From NCBI GenBank assembly GCA_963777045.1, contig CAVZPD010000009.1, positions 139,583 through 203,582 of the forward strand: 64,000 nt of DNA, read 5' to 3'. Below, piece after piece: positions 55,171-63,426 of this stretch. The translations under genes and the position numbers were made by a program. The notes below the pieces were generated by a model, which saw only the letters and a program-made list of their open reading frames with translations, did no database searches and was not told where the DNA came from. This DNA is from an uncultured Chloroflexia bacterium. GTDB taxonomy: Bacteria > Chloroflexota > Limnocylindria > QHBO01. Every line of letters starts with the position of its first letter. Position 1 is the stretch's first letter.

Positions 55171-55236
55171 GGCTTGTCGATGATCGCGCGCTCGCGATGG
55201 TCGGCTGGGGCGGCCGCCGCTAGGTTGTTCCGTCCG
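55171..55236 (+). pseudogene. remnant of the 3' end of a Replic_Relax-like gene
   Basis: GATGATCGCGCGCTCGCGATGGTCGGCTGGGGCGGCCGCCGCTAGGTTGTTCC aligns (~80% identity) with 52393-52450, which encodes ...LDDRALAMVGWGRRR* at the end of the 51478..52440 gene. The track ORF 55174..55518 covers this region in a different frame. Confidence 0.4.
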
Positions 55237-55352
55237 TCACGAGTCCACTTTGGACTCCCGCGGCATTGTGGCCTCCCAAGTAATTGGACTTATCCGCGTT
55301 ATCTTGCATTATCCTTGCTATCCGCTATACTGACTCTTAGCGCGCGAAGGAG

Positions 55353-55637
55353 TTGGCCGTGGACGTCCAGTTTGAGAAGAAGGCCTTCTACAGCCCGGCA
55401 GAGGTTTCGGAGTTGTTTGGCGTCCATCCCTCCACCGTTCGGGATTGGATCCACTCCGGCCATCTCCCGGCCTTCCAACTGTCTGAACGCATCTATCGCG
55501 TGCCGCTCGGATCAGTGATGGGGCTTCTCCACGAGACTCAAGGGGTGACGCGCAATACGCCCACGGCCGAGCAGGCCGAGCGCGTATGGGATGAGGTGGA
55601 AGCCGAGCACCAGCAGCCGGCAGCCACGCGCGTGTGA
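55353..55637 (+). CDS. excisionase/MerR-family HTH DNA-binding protein (Xis-like)
   Basis: FYSPAEVSELFGVHPSTVRDWIHSGHLPAFQLSERIYRVPLGSV is a canonical Xis-type HTH. Confidence 0.55.
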   Translation: MAVDVQFEKKAFYSPAEVSELFGVHPSTVRDWIHSGHLPAFQLSERIYRVPLGSVMGLLHETQGVTRNTPTAEQAERVWDEVEAEHQQPAATRV

Positions 55638-56089
55638 TTCGGCTGCGGCCGCAGCCGTTCGATCAGCGCATCGCAACCGCCGAGGTCGCCTTTCGCGGCC
55701 TCGGTTACGTTCACATCGCGGATCCAGGCCCGATTCCGGGGACGCCCCGGACCATCAGCATCGGCATCGACCATCCGGGGTGGGGCCTCCCGACAGCGGC
55801 GCGCCTTGAGTTCGTGGAGCGCTGGGTCTTCTCTGGCGGGACATGGGAATTGACCAAGTACGCCTACGAGTTGCGGGCGGTGCCCGGACCCAGCCGGCTC
55901 GCCTTCCACTGGCACAATGGCCTCCACCACACGCATTGCGTCGATCCGAACCACCCGGCTCGCGCGCACCACTTCCAGGGTGGCCCAGTCGACCTGTTCG
56001 CTGCGTACCAGACCTTCGGTCGCTTGCTGGCATCCGGCAGCCTGATCAGCTGCCAGGGCCTGACTCCGCTACCCGGGCCAGGAGCCTGA
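55634..56089 (+). CDS. hypothetical protein
   Basis: GTGA overlap with the Xis-like gene. 151 aa, His/Trp-rich (HWHNGLHHTHCVDPNHPARAHHFQG). No family recognised. Confidence 0.3.
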   Translation: MIRLRPQPFDQRIATAEVAFRGLGYVHIADPGPIPGTPRTISIGIDHPGWGLPTAARLEFVERWVFSGGTWELTKYAYELRAVPGPSRLAFHWHNGLHHTHCVDPNHPARAHHFQGGPVDLFAAYQTFGRLLASGSLISCQGLTPLPGPGA

Positions 56090-56289
56090 TCACTCAGCCT
56101 AACCGAGGCGATGCGCATAGGCTTGAGCCCTTCATCGGTCATGGCGGCGCAACGGCCACAGGAGATCCGCACGCGGTTGAGCGACACGCTCAGCCGACGC
56201 CCGAACGGCCGTGGAGTCTCACTCCGGACGTTGTCCTCTTCGACAGATCTGGCGAAACAGCAGAGGCGTCTGCGAGCATCTGGACAGAC

Positions 56290-56820
56290 ATGGAAGACGC
56301 CGTCGTCGGGCACACCGACCCATTGGTAGGGCGGGTGAAGGCCGGGGACACGGAGGCATTCACCGACCTCGTGTCCCGGTACGGCCCCGATGTCCTGCGG
56401 CTGTGCATGGTGGTCACCGGCGAAGCCATGGCCGCCGAGGATGCTGCGCAGAACGCCTGGCAGCGCGTCTGGCGCCGCATCGGCACGCTCCGAGATCCGG
56501 GACGCCTGCGCCCATGGCTGCTCAGGGTCGCCGCCAACGAGGCGAAGCAAGTGATGCGGCGCAACCGACGCCAGGCGGCCAGCAGCCTCGATCTGGCGGG
56601 CGAGGTTGGTGACGGGGCGACAACGGCCGATGCCGATTTGCGCGCCACGCTCGCGGGGCTCGATGCCGGCGACCGAGAGCTGCTCGCCTACCGCTACGTG
56701 CTGGGGCTGACCTCCGAGGAGATCGGCCGGCAGCTGAGACTGTCCGGTGAGGGAGTTCGCAGCCGCCTGAAGCGCCTGCGCGACCGCCTCGCCAAGGAGA
56801 TGACTGACGATGTTCGCTGA
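56290..56820 (+). CDS. RNA polymerase ECF sigma factor
   Basis: Sigma-2 (TEAFTDLVSRYGPDVLRLCMVVTGEAMAAEDAAQNAWQRVWRRIGTL) and sigma-4 (LDAGDRELLAYRYVLGLTSEEIGRQLRLSGEGVRSRLKRLRDRL). Confidence 0.75.
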   Translation: MEDAVVGHTDPLVGRVKAGDTEAFTDLVSRYGPDVLRLCMVVTGEAMAAEDAAQNAWQRVWRRIGTLRDPGRLRPWLLRVAANEAKQVMRRNRRQAASSLDLAGEVGDGATTADADLRATLAGLDAGDRELLAYRYVLGLTSEEIGRQLRLSGEGVRSRLKRLRDRLAKEMTDDVR

Positions 56821-57466
56821 TCACCCCTCCGACGACCTCGACCCCCGGTTCGTCGGCCGCCTGCGCGCGTTCGCCGACGAGCCACTGGCCACCTTCGATC
56901 CCGTGCGGGTGGTGGCCGGCGCGGCGACCACCCCTCGTCGAATCGGACCGATCGTGCGTTTCGCCGCGGCCGGCTTGGCCGCTGCGGCGGTGCTGGTCGC
57001 CGCGCTGGTGCTGAGCGCCCAACCAACGGTCCCGCCGTCCACCGGCAGCGGATCGGCCCAGGCGATCGCCGCCGACCAGTCGTTCCCGGCGGACTACCTT
57101 GTCAGCAGCGGCTGGCGACCGATTGAATTGAGTGGTCCCAGCGGAAGTTTCGCTTCCGTCGACGATGCGGTACACCGCCTGCGCACCTACTTCGCGGCCG
57201 GCGTGCGGCCGGTGAGCGAGGACGCGGTGACGATTACGGTGCCTTCATTGAGCGCAATGACCAAGGATGTCCGAGTCTTCGTCCAGATCCTGGGCGGCAC
57301 GAACCCGAAGCAGTCCGGCGACCAGTTCCGGGTCTGGCTGCGTCGTTCCGGTGATGCATGGCACATCGACGCCGCGGCCGAGGCCCAGATCTTCTGCCGA
57401 GCACCGCTCAGCACGCCCGCTGCTGCTGGCCACAGTGACTACGCCGGCGGCGGTCTCTGCTACTGA
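56810..57466 (+). CDS. single-TM membrane protein overlapping the ECF sigma gene (putative anti-sigma factor)
   Basis: Overlaps the sigma stop by 11 nt. ~60-aa cytoplasmic N-terminus, TM (IVRFAAAGLAAAAVLVAALVLSA), then a ~135-aa extracytoplasmic domain. Confidence 0.4.
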   Translation: MFADHPSDDLDPRFVGRLRAFADEPLATFDPVRVVAGAATTPRRIGPIVRFAAAGLAAAAVLVAALVLSAQPTVPPSTGSGSAQAIAADQSFPADYLVSSGWRPIELSGPSGSFASVDDAVHRLRTYFAAGVRPVSEDAVTITVPSLSAMTKDVRVFVQILGGTNPKQSGDQFRVWLRRSGDAWHIDAAAEAQIFCRAPLSTPAAAGHSDYAGGGLCY

Positions 57467-57596
57467 TCTCGGTGCCGGAGTCCCCTGTTGTCGGGCGATT
57501 ATTGTGCTGTTTGCCGGTGCCGTCATAGAGCAGGGGATTCGGCCGATTGCGCACGATCTTCCACGCTCGGCGACCACAGCGTTACGTGGGCCTGAC

Positions 57597-57634
57597 TTAA
57601 AAGTCCCCTGCTCTAACCACTGAGCTAACGGCCC
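57597..57634. repeat. att core copy C (right end of the tandem array)
   Basis: 38-nt identity to the tRNA-Lys 5' half, preceded by the arm shared with copy B. Downstream sequence diverges (chromosomal flank). Confidence 0.6.
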
Positions 57635-57770
57635 GTCGAGGTCGCGGTACAGCATAGGGCGTTGGACCGGGCACCTTCCCCGGGCCGATACTCGGCATCC
57701 CGCAGCTCCCACTGCGCCGCAGCTGACCGATCGGTACCATGCGATCACCTACCGAGAGGCGCCCCATCTG

Positions 57771-58439
57771 ATGACGGACATGTCCAGCCAGCGCGGCGCG
57801 GCTGGCGAGCAGGCCGCCCCCGTCGAGGCGGGGCCTCCAGTGCGCGAGCCGATGAAGACGCTTGCAAACTGCGATCGGATCGTCGTCGTGGGCCGCACCG
57901 GATCGGGCAAGACCACGCTCGCGCGCGAGCTGGCCGCGATCCTGGGAGTCCAGCACGTGGAGCTCGACGCGCTCTACTTCGGCCCCGAGTTCAGCACAGC
58001 CCCGCTGGAGGTCCTGCGCGAGCGGACGAGCGCGGCGATCGCCGGTGAACGGTGGGTGACCGACGGCAACAAACGCGCGGTCCGCGACCTCGTCTGGCCC
58101 CGGGCCGATACGATCGTCTGGCTCGACTACTCGGTTGGCGTCAGCCTGTGGAGGCTCGGCAGACGCGCTCGGCGACGCACGGCACAGCTGAGCACCGAGG
58201 CTGCAAGGACCGGCCGCCGCCGCGCCCTGCCCCGTCAGCTGCTGGCCGCGGCGCGAGGAGTCCTCACCGCGCTCCGATCCCACGCTGGCCAGCGCCGCGA
58301 GTACACGCGGCTATTGGCCGACCCCGCGAACAGCCACCTGGCGGTCGCCCGCCTCCGCTCGCCACGCGCCACGCGCGAGTGGCTGTCCAGGGTATCTGCG
58401 GCAGGGACCGCCGCGCCGGATCAGACGGCTCCCTCGTAG
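57771..58439 (+). CDS. P-loop NTPase (AAA / adenylate-kinase-like, topology-modulation-type)
   Basis: Walker A VVVGRTGSGKTTLAREL near the N-terminus. The start may be the internal Met at 57852. Confidence 0.45.
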   Translation: MTDMSSQRGAAGEQAAPVEAGPPVREPMKTLANCDRIVVVGRTGSGKTTLARELAAILGVQHVELDALYFGPEFSTAPLEVLRERTSAAIAGERWVTDGNKRAVRDLVWPRADTIVWLDYSVGVSLWRLGRRARRRTAQLSTEAARTGRRRALPRQLLAAARGVLTALRSHAGQRREYTRLLADPANSHLAVARLRSPRATREWLSRVSAAGTAAPDQTAPS

Positions 58440-59557
58440 ATGCGGTAGGTCTTGTAGCGCTTCGCACCGACTGCGGTGATGGCACGGTTGACACGCTCGT
58501 TGTCGTCGAGCGTCCAGCCCATCTCGCAGCCCGTGTAGCCGGCCTTCACCGCCTCGTGCATGGTGCGCAGAACCATGGCCTCGGCGATCCCACGGCCTTG
58601 GAAGCCCGGCAGCACCCCCAGCGCGAAGTAGCGGAAGGTCTTGATCCGCCGCAGGCCCAGCAACAGCCGGACCACACCGATGGGCAGGAAGCCCCACCGC
58701 ACCAGGCGGCCGTCGCCAACCGTGCGGAAGGCCTCGTTGGCATCGGGCAGCGAGAGGCTGAATCCGATCGGCTCGCCATCCTTCTCGGCCATCACCAGCA
58801 GGTTCTCGTCGGCGATCTCGGCCAAGTGCCTGCCAAGGTCGTCGAACTCCGCATCGGTCATGCGGACGGAGCCCCAGTTGTCGTACCAGGCCTGGTCGTA
58901 GATGACCTTGGCCTTCTCGACCTCCGCGGCCAGGTGCTTCTTGCTGATCGAGCGCAGCGTGATGCCGCGCCGCGCGATCCGATCCGCGCGGGCGAGCCAG
59001 GGACGCAGGTCGGGTGCCTGGTCGATCCACCATGCGTAGAGCTCCTTGACGGAATGGAGTCCGTAGCCCTCGAGCAGCGGCCGGTAGTAGGGCGGGTTGT
59101 GGTTCATGAGGAGCCGCGGTGGGGTATCGAATCCGTCGACTAGGAGCCCGCAGGTGTAGTTCGTGGAGTACTCGACCGGCCCCAGCATCGCGGTCCGGCC
59201 GCGCGCCCGCAGCCAGCCGCCGGCGGTGTCGAGCAGCGCCTGCGCGACCTCCGCATCGTTCACCGATTCGAAGAGGCCGAACGTCCCCACGTTCGTTCCG
59301 TGCCGCTCGTTGTAGTGCGGGTCGTCGCTGGCGAGAATCCGGCCCACGACCTCCTCACCGCGTCGGGCGAGGAATGTCTGCGCGGCGCCGTGACGGTAGA
59401 ACGGGTGCTTGTCGCGGTCCAGGAAAGCGTGGACCTCGCGGCGGAGCGGAGGAACCCAGGCGGGGTCGTCGGCGTAGATGCGCCAGGGGAGCGAGATGAA
59501 CGCTTCGAGGTCCCGGCGCCCGTCGACGCTGCTGACCTGGACCTTCGGCTGCGTCAC
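58421..59557 (-). CDS. GNAT-fold acyl-CoA N-acyltransferase family protein (378 aa)
   Basis: The C-terminal region LGVLPGFQGRGIAEAMVLRTMHEAVKAGYTGCEMGWTLDDNERVNRAI resembles the GNAT acetyl-CoA binding motif (Q/RxxGxG/A). The N-terminal domain is uncharacterised. Confidence 0.45.
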   Translation of the reverse strand: MTQPKVQVSSVDGRRDLEAFISLPWRIYADDPAWVPPLRREVHAFLDRDKHPFYRHGAAQTFLARRGEEVVGRILASDDPHYNERHGTNVGTFGLFESVNDAEVAQALLDTAGGWLRARGRTAMLGPVEYSTNYTCGLLVDGFDTPPRLLMNHNPPYYRPLLEGYGLHSVKELYAWWIDQAPDLRPWLARADRIARRGITLRSISKKHLAAEVEKAKVIYDQAWYDNWGSVRMTDAEFDDLGRHLAEIADENLLVMAEKDGEPIGFSLSLPDANEAFRTVGDGRLVRWGFLPIGVVRLLLGLRRIKTFRYFALGVLPGFQGRGIAEAMVLRTMHEAVKAGYTGCEMGWTLDDNERVNRAITAVGAKRYKTYRIYEGAV

Positions 59558-59604
59558 GATGCAGCGGCGACCCCTGCGGTGCGGCGATCGCGGAAGGATA
59601 CCGG

Positions 59605-60708
59605 CTAGACGCGGAAGCGGAGCGTCGCCCCTACGCCGCCGAGCCGCCGCAGCGCATCATGGCCGTGCACGGTCACCACCTGGGCCGATGTCAACGCCGC
59701 CTGCCGAACGAGCTCGTTGCGCAGCGTCTCGTCGACGTCGGCCTCCTCGTCGATGACGAGCTCGTGGACCTGCCCTCGTTCCAGGCTCTCCCCGACGGCG
59801 TCGATCCCGACCACGCCCAGGTCGCCGGCAAGGAAGCCGGCCAAGGCGCGGTCGGCCGCGTCGCGCGCCTCGTCGATCTGCAGGGCGGCGAGCACCGGGG
59901 CCACCTCCGCCTCGACCTCGTCAGTGGCGGCATGGAGGTCGATCCGCTCGACGTGGTCGAGCACCGCCCGCGCCGACTCGGGTAGCTCGGGCTCGAGGAC
60001 CGATGTGGCTCGCTCGTCGCCTGCCAGCACGAGGTGCCGGGCGCGGACCAGGTCGAGCAGGTCGGCGATGGCCTGAGCCGCCTCCTTGGCGAACCGCTGG
60101 TCCTGCATGTCGACATGTCGCTGGTAGCGCGCCTGCGACCATCCGCCCTGGTGGTGGCGCTCGTGCTCGTCGCTCGGCTCGTCGAGCGTCGCGCCCTCGA
60201 CCAGCGAGCCGCGGCGCGTCACGTAGAGGCGGCAGGTGTTGGTGTCGACCAGCGCGACGACGGCCGTGCGGCTCTCCTCGAGCAGCCCCGCCAGCTGGAA
60301 CAGTTCGGCGGTGGGGCCGGCGCTCACCTGGGTCTCGAAGGGGGTCGGGCTGACGATGACCTCCCAGGTCCCGGCCGCGTGGCAGCCGAAGACGGCCAGG
60401 CCCTCCGCCGGCCGCAGTGCATCGGCCTCTTCGTCGAGGTAGCGTTCGAAGCGCTTGACATCCGCCTCGAGTGATTCACGAGCGGGTGAGTGAGCCTCGT
60501 GGGCCTCCAGGATGTGGCGGAGGCGGTCGCGCACGACCACCAGCTCGTTTCGCCTGCCCGGATCGCCGCCCTGGAGATCCGGGCGCAGGTCGACGTAGAT
60601 GGAGAGGACCGGGGCCTCCGCCGATTCCAGCTCAGCCAGGCCGCGCAAGATCGACCGCAGCCGCGCCTGGTCGGGGCTGGGTCGCGTGTCTGTCGGAACG
60701 TGTGTCAT
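59605..60708 (-). CDS. eRF1-like baeRF-family protein ('host attachment protein'-like)
   Basis: 367 aa from MTHVPTD. PVLSIYVDLRPDLQGG at the N-terminus, a later GGWSQARYQR-type segment and acidic C-terminal domains. Architecture recalls bacterial eRF1-domain (baeRF) proteins. Confidence 0.4.
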   Translation of the reverse strand: MTHVPTDTRPSPDQARLRSILRGLAELESAEAPVLSIYVDLRPDLQGGDPGRRNELVVVRDRLRHILEAHEAHSPARESLEADVKRFERYLDEEADALRPAEGLAVFGCHAAGTWEVIVSPTPFETQVSAGPTAELFQLAGLLEESRTAVVALVDTNTCRLYVTRRGSLVEGATLDEPSDEHERHHQGGWSQARYQRHVDMQDQRFAKEAAQAIADLLDLVRARHLVLAGDERATSVLEPELPESARAVLDHVERIDLHAATDEVEAEVAPVLAALQIDEARDAADRALAGFLAGDLGVVGIDAVGESLERGQVHELVIDEEADVDETLRNELVRQAALTSAQVVTVHGHDALRRLGGVGATLRFRV

Positions 60709-60757
60709 GCCACTCTCGCAGCAAGCGGGGTGCCGGGGGGTGCTAGGCTCCGATTTG

Positions 60758-61675
60758 ATGCGTCGGATCCTCCTCTGGATGGCCCGCAACCGATGGCTGA
60801 AGGAGCACCTCCCTCGCCTCTGGTTCGCGCGGCGCGCGGTCCGCAAGTTCATGCCCGGGGAGAAGATCGAGGCGGCGCTCGACGCCGCCGAGGAGTTCCG
60901 GCCGCTGGGGATCGGCATCCTGCTGACGCGGCTTGGCGAGAACCTGGCCGACCTGTCACAGGCGCAGGAGGTCGCCGATCACTACCACCGCGTGATCGAC
61001 CTGGTCCGCGCCCGCGGCCTCGACGCGGAGGTCAGCCTCAAGCCGACCCAGATCGGCCTGGACCTGGACGCCGATGCCGCCCACCAGCACCTCTCCTCGC
61101 TGGCCGCCCACGCCGCCCAGGCCAACGGCACGCTCTGGATCGACATGGAGGGATCGGCCTACGTCGAACCAACGCTGGAGGCGTACCGGCGCCTGAAGGG
61201 GGAGCACGAGAACGCCGGCATCTGCCTGCAGGCCTACCTGCGCCGCACGCCGGCCGACGTGCACGACCTGCTCCCGCTCCGCCCGCAGATCCGCCTCGTC
61301 AAGGGCGCCTACGACGAGCCGGCGCGAATCGCCTTCCGTCGCAAGGCCGAGGTCGACGCCGCCTACCTGTCGCTCTGCGTGCTGATGCTGCCTGCCGCCG
61401 AGCGCGGTGAGCTGCGGCTGGGCCTCGGCACCCACGACACCAGGCTGGTCGAACGGGTGGCGGAGCACGCGCGGGCGGCGGGACAGGGGATCGACACGTT
61501 CGAGGTGCAGATGCTCTACGGCATCCGGATGGACGAGCAGCGACGCCTGGCGGCCGAGGGGTACGTGGTCCGCGACCTGATCGCCTACGGCGAGGCGTGG
61601 TACGCGTGGTACATGCGTCGGCTGGCCGAACGCCCCGCGAACGTCTGGTTCGCCCTGCGCCAGCTGGTGGGCTAG
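60758..61675 (+). CDS. proline dehydrogenase (PutA PRODH-domain family)
   Basis: LKPTQIGLDLD, LWIDMEGSAYV, ICLQAYLRRT, IRLVKGAYDEP and the C-terminal VWFALRQL are PRODH beta8/alpha8 barrel hallmarks. Confidence 0.8.
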   Translation: MRRILLWMARNRWLKEHLPRLWFARRAVRKFMPGEKIEAALDAAEEFRPLGIGILLTRLGENLADLSQAQEVADHYHRVIDLVRARGLDAEVSLKPTQIGLDLDADAAHQHLSSLAAHAAQANGTLWIDMEGSAYVEPTLEAYRRLKGEHENAGICLQAYLRRTPADVHDLLPLRPQIRLVKGAYDEPARIAFRRKAEVDAAYLSLCVLMLPAAERGELRLGLGTHDTRLVERVAEHARAAGQGIDTFEVQMLYGIRMDEQRRLAAEGYVVRDLIAYGEAWYAWYMRRLAERPANVWFALRQLVG

Positions 61676-62580
61676 GCGGCTTCCAGCGCCTCTCGGAGAC
61701 GAGCGACGGCGTCGCTGAGGCGCTCAGGCAGGAGCACGTGGCCCTTCCCGGCCACCGCGTCGGCGTGCCGGCCTCCTGCCAGCCGCAGGATTCGCGGCGC
61801 GTCGCGCGCCAGCGTGGCGAAGACCGCTGCCGTCGAATCGGCGTCGCGCTGCATCACCGCGCCCACCACGACCGCGCGCGCCGACGTGTCGCGCACCGCC
61901 GCCAGCCACGATTCGACCGGAACATCCGGTCCGAGGTAGACGACGCGCACGCCGGCCCGGCGGGCCGCCGTCGCGAAGGCGAGCGCCGCGAGCTCATGGT
62001 GCGCCTGCGGCGGTAGGCCGATTACCACCACCGGACCATCGTCCCGACCGCCGGCGGCGAGGAATGCCGAACCGAGCCTGCGGAGCACGGCGGCGGAGGC
62101 GGCATGTTCGGCTGCCACGTCCAGTTCGCCACGAGCCCATGCGGAGCCGATCTCGGTCAGAGCAGGAAAGACGACCTCTTCGACCGCAGCCTCGAACCGC
62201 TGGACGGCGAAGGCATCGTCCAGGGCCGATTCCAGCTCGTCCTGCTTCATTGCGGCTGCGGCCCTGACGATGGTGCTCGTCAGGCGCTCCGTCTCGGCAC
62301 CCCGCCGCCCCTCGCCGCCTGGGGCTCCGCGGTCCGCCCGCTGCAGCTCCAGCAGCTGGTCGGGTGAGGCAGCCAGGACCTGCGGTGCCGCCTCGCGCGG
62401 CGACCAGCCGGCAACCACGAGCTGCCGCATGGCGCGGAGGCGCTCGATGGCTGCCTCGTCGTAGAGGCGGTAGCCGGCCGGCGTGCGCGCCGGCGTCACC
62501 ACGCCGTAGCGCCGCTCCCATGCGCGTAGGAGCGGAATACCGACGCCGCTGAGATTCGATGCTTGCTTGATCGTGTACAC
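61672..62580 (-). CDS. MerR-family regulator with C-terminal cobalamin(B12)-binding domain (LitR/CarH-like)
   Basis: N-terminal MYTIKQASNLSGVGIPLLRAWERRYGVVTPARTPAGYRLYDEAAIERLRAMRQL (MerR HTH). C-terminal Rossmann-like region VVVIGLPPQAHHELAALAFATAARRAGVRVVYLGPDVP resembling the B12-binding DxHxxG-type motif. Confidence 0.5.
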   Translation of the reverse strand: MYTIKQASNLSGVGIPLLRAWERRYGVVTPARTPAGYRLYDEAAIERLRAMRQLVVAGWSPREAAPQVLAASPDQLLELQRADRGAPGGEGRRGAETERLTSTIVRAAAAMKQDELESALDDAFAVQRFEAAVEEVVFPALTEIGSAWARGELDVAAEHAASAAVLRRLGSAFLAAGGRDDGPVVVIGLPPQAHHELAALAFATAARRAGVRVVYLGPDVPVESWLAAVRDTSARAVVVGAVMQRDADSTAAVFATLARDAPRILRLAGGRHADAVAGKGHVLLPERLSDAVARLREALEAA

Positions 62581-62718
62581 AGTTTGTCCACTATATCACG
62601 GCTGAAACCCTTGACAAGCTGCGCACGAGCCTCTACAGTCCGGCTTACGACCCTATACAAACACTCTACATGCGGTACCGGACCCGTTTTGGATATCCGA
62701 CCGCGGAGGGAACACGAC

Positions 62719-63324
62719 ATGAGGAGTCTCTTCCCGGCAACCACCACGCCGTCGACCATGGCGAGGCGGCAGTCCGAGGCCAGCGACGAGGAGCTGATGG
62801 GCTGGATCGCAGATGGTGACGAGGCGGCGCTCGCCGCCCTCTATTCCCGCTACCGTCCGCTCGCCTTCGCCCTGGCGGTGCGCGTGGTCGGAGACGCGGG
62901 ACGCGCAGAAGACGTGCTGCAGGACGCCTTCCTGTCCGTCTGGCGCAAGGCTGCGACCTACACGCCCAGTCGCGGCAGCGCGAAAACGTGGTTGAGCAGC
63001 ATCGTGCGCAACCGGGCAATCGACGTCGTTCGGGCGAGCCGGGAGCGGGCGGTCCAGGATGACGAGGAGCTGCTCCTGGGACTGCGCGACCCGGAGCCCC
63101 CGGTCTTCGACCAGGTGGCGTCGGCGCTGGACGGCGAGATGACCCGAACCGTCCTCCGCAAGCTCCCCACCGAGCAGCGCGAGGCGATCTCGCTTGCCTA
63201 CTTCGCTGGGCTGACGCACAGCGAGATCGCATCCCAGACCGGGATCCCGCTGGGCACCGTCAAGAGCCGGGTCCGGCTGGGTATCCAGCGCATGCGCGAG
63301 TCATTGGTCATGGCTGCCGCCTAG
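62719..63324 (+). CDS. RNA polymerase ECF sigma factor, divergent from the LitR-like gene (LitS-like)
   Basis: Sigma-2 (ALYSRYRPLAFALAVRVVGDAGRAEDVLQDAFLSVWRKAATY...WLSSIVRNRAID) and sigma-4 (LPTEQREAISLAYFAGLTHSEIASQTGIPLGTVKSRVRLG). Confidence 0.75.
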   Translation: MRSLFPATTTPSTMARRQSEASDEELMGWIADGDEAALAALYSRYRPLAFALAVRVVGDAGRAEDVLQDAFLSVWRKAATYTPSRGSAKTWLSSIVRNRAIDVVRASRERAVQDDEELLLGLRDPEPPVFDQVASALDGEMTRTVLRKLPTEQREAISLAYFAGLTHSEIASQTGIPLGTVKSRVRLGIQRMRESLVMAAA

Positions 63325-63426
63325 CCGCGGAAAGGGTCCGGTTGACCCCGGGGTGCCTCTCGCCCACCATGGCGAACGCGAGCCGTCTCTTGCGCGGCCG
63401 AGAAGCAATCTGGGGAGTCAGCAACA

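Larger units (their letters stand above)
55136..57634 (+). mobile_element. integrated element 2 (~2.5 kb), integrase-less satellite/remnant in tandem with element 1
   Basis: Flanked by att copies B and C. Its left end retains the att-adjacent hairpin and a degraded 3' end of a Replic_Relax-like gene. It carries Xis-like, hypothetical, ECF sigma and membrane anti-sigma-like genes. Confidence 0.5.

Noticed and set aside
55174-55518. 114-aa ORF at the left end of element 2
   Set aside because: It reads the degraded Replic_Relax 3' remnant in a different frame. It is low-complexity (Ser/Arg/Ala-rich) with no start-context support.
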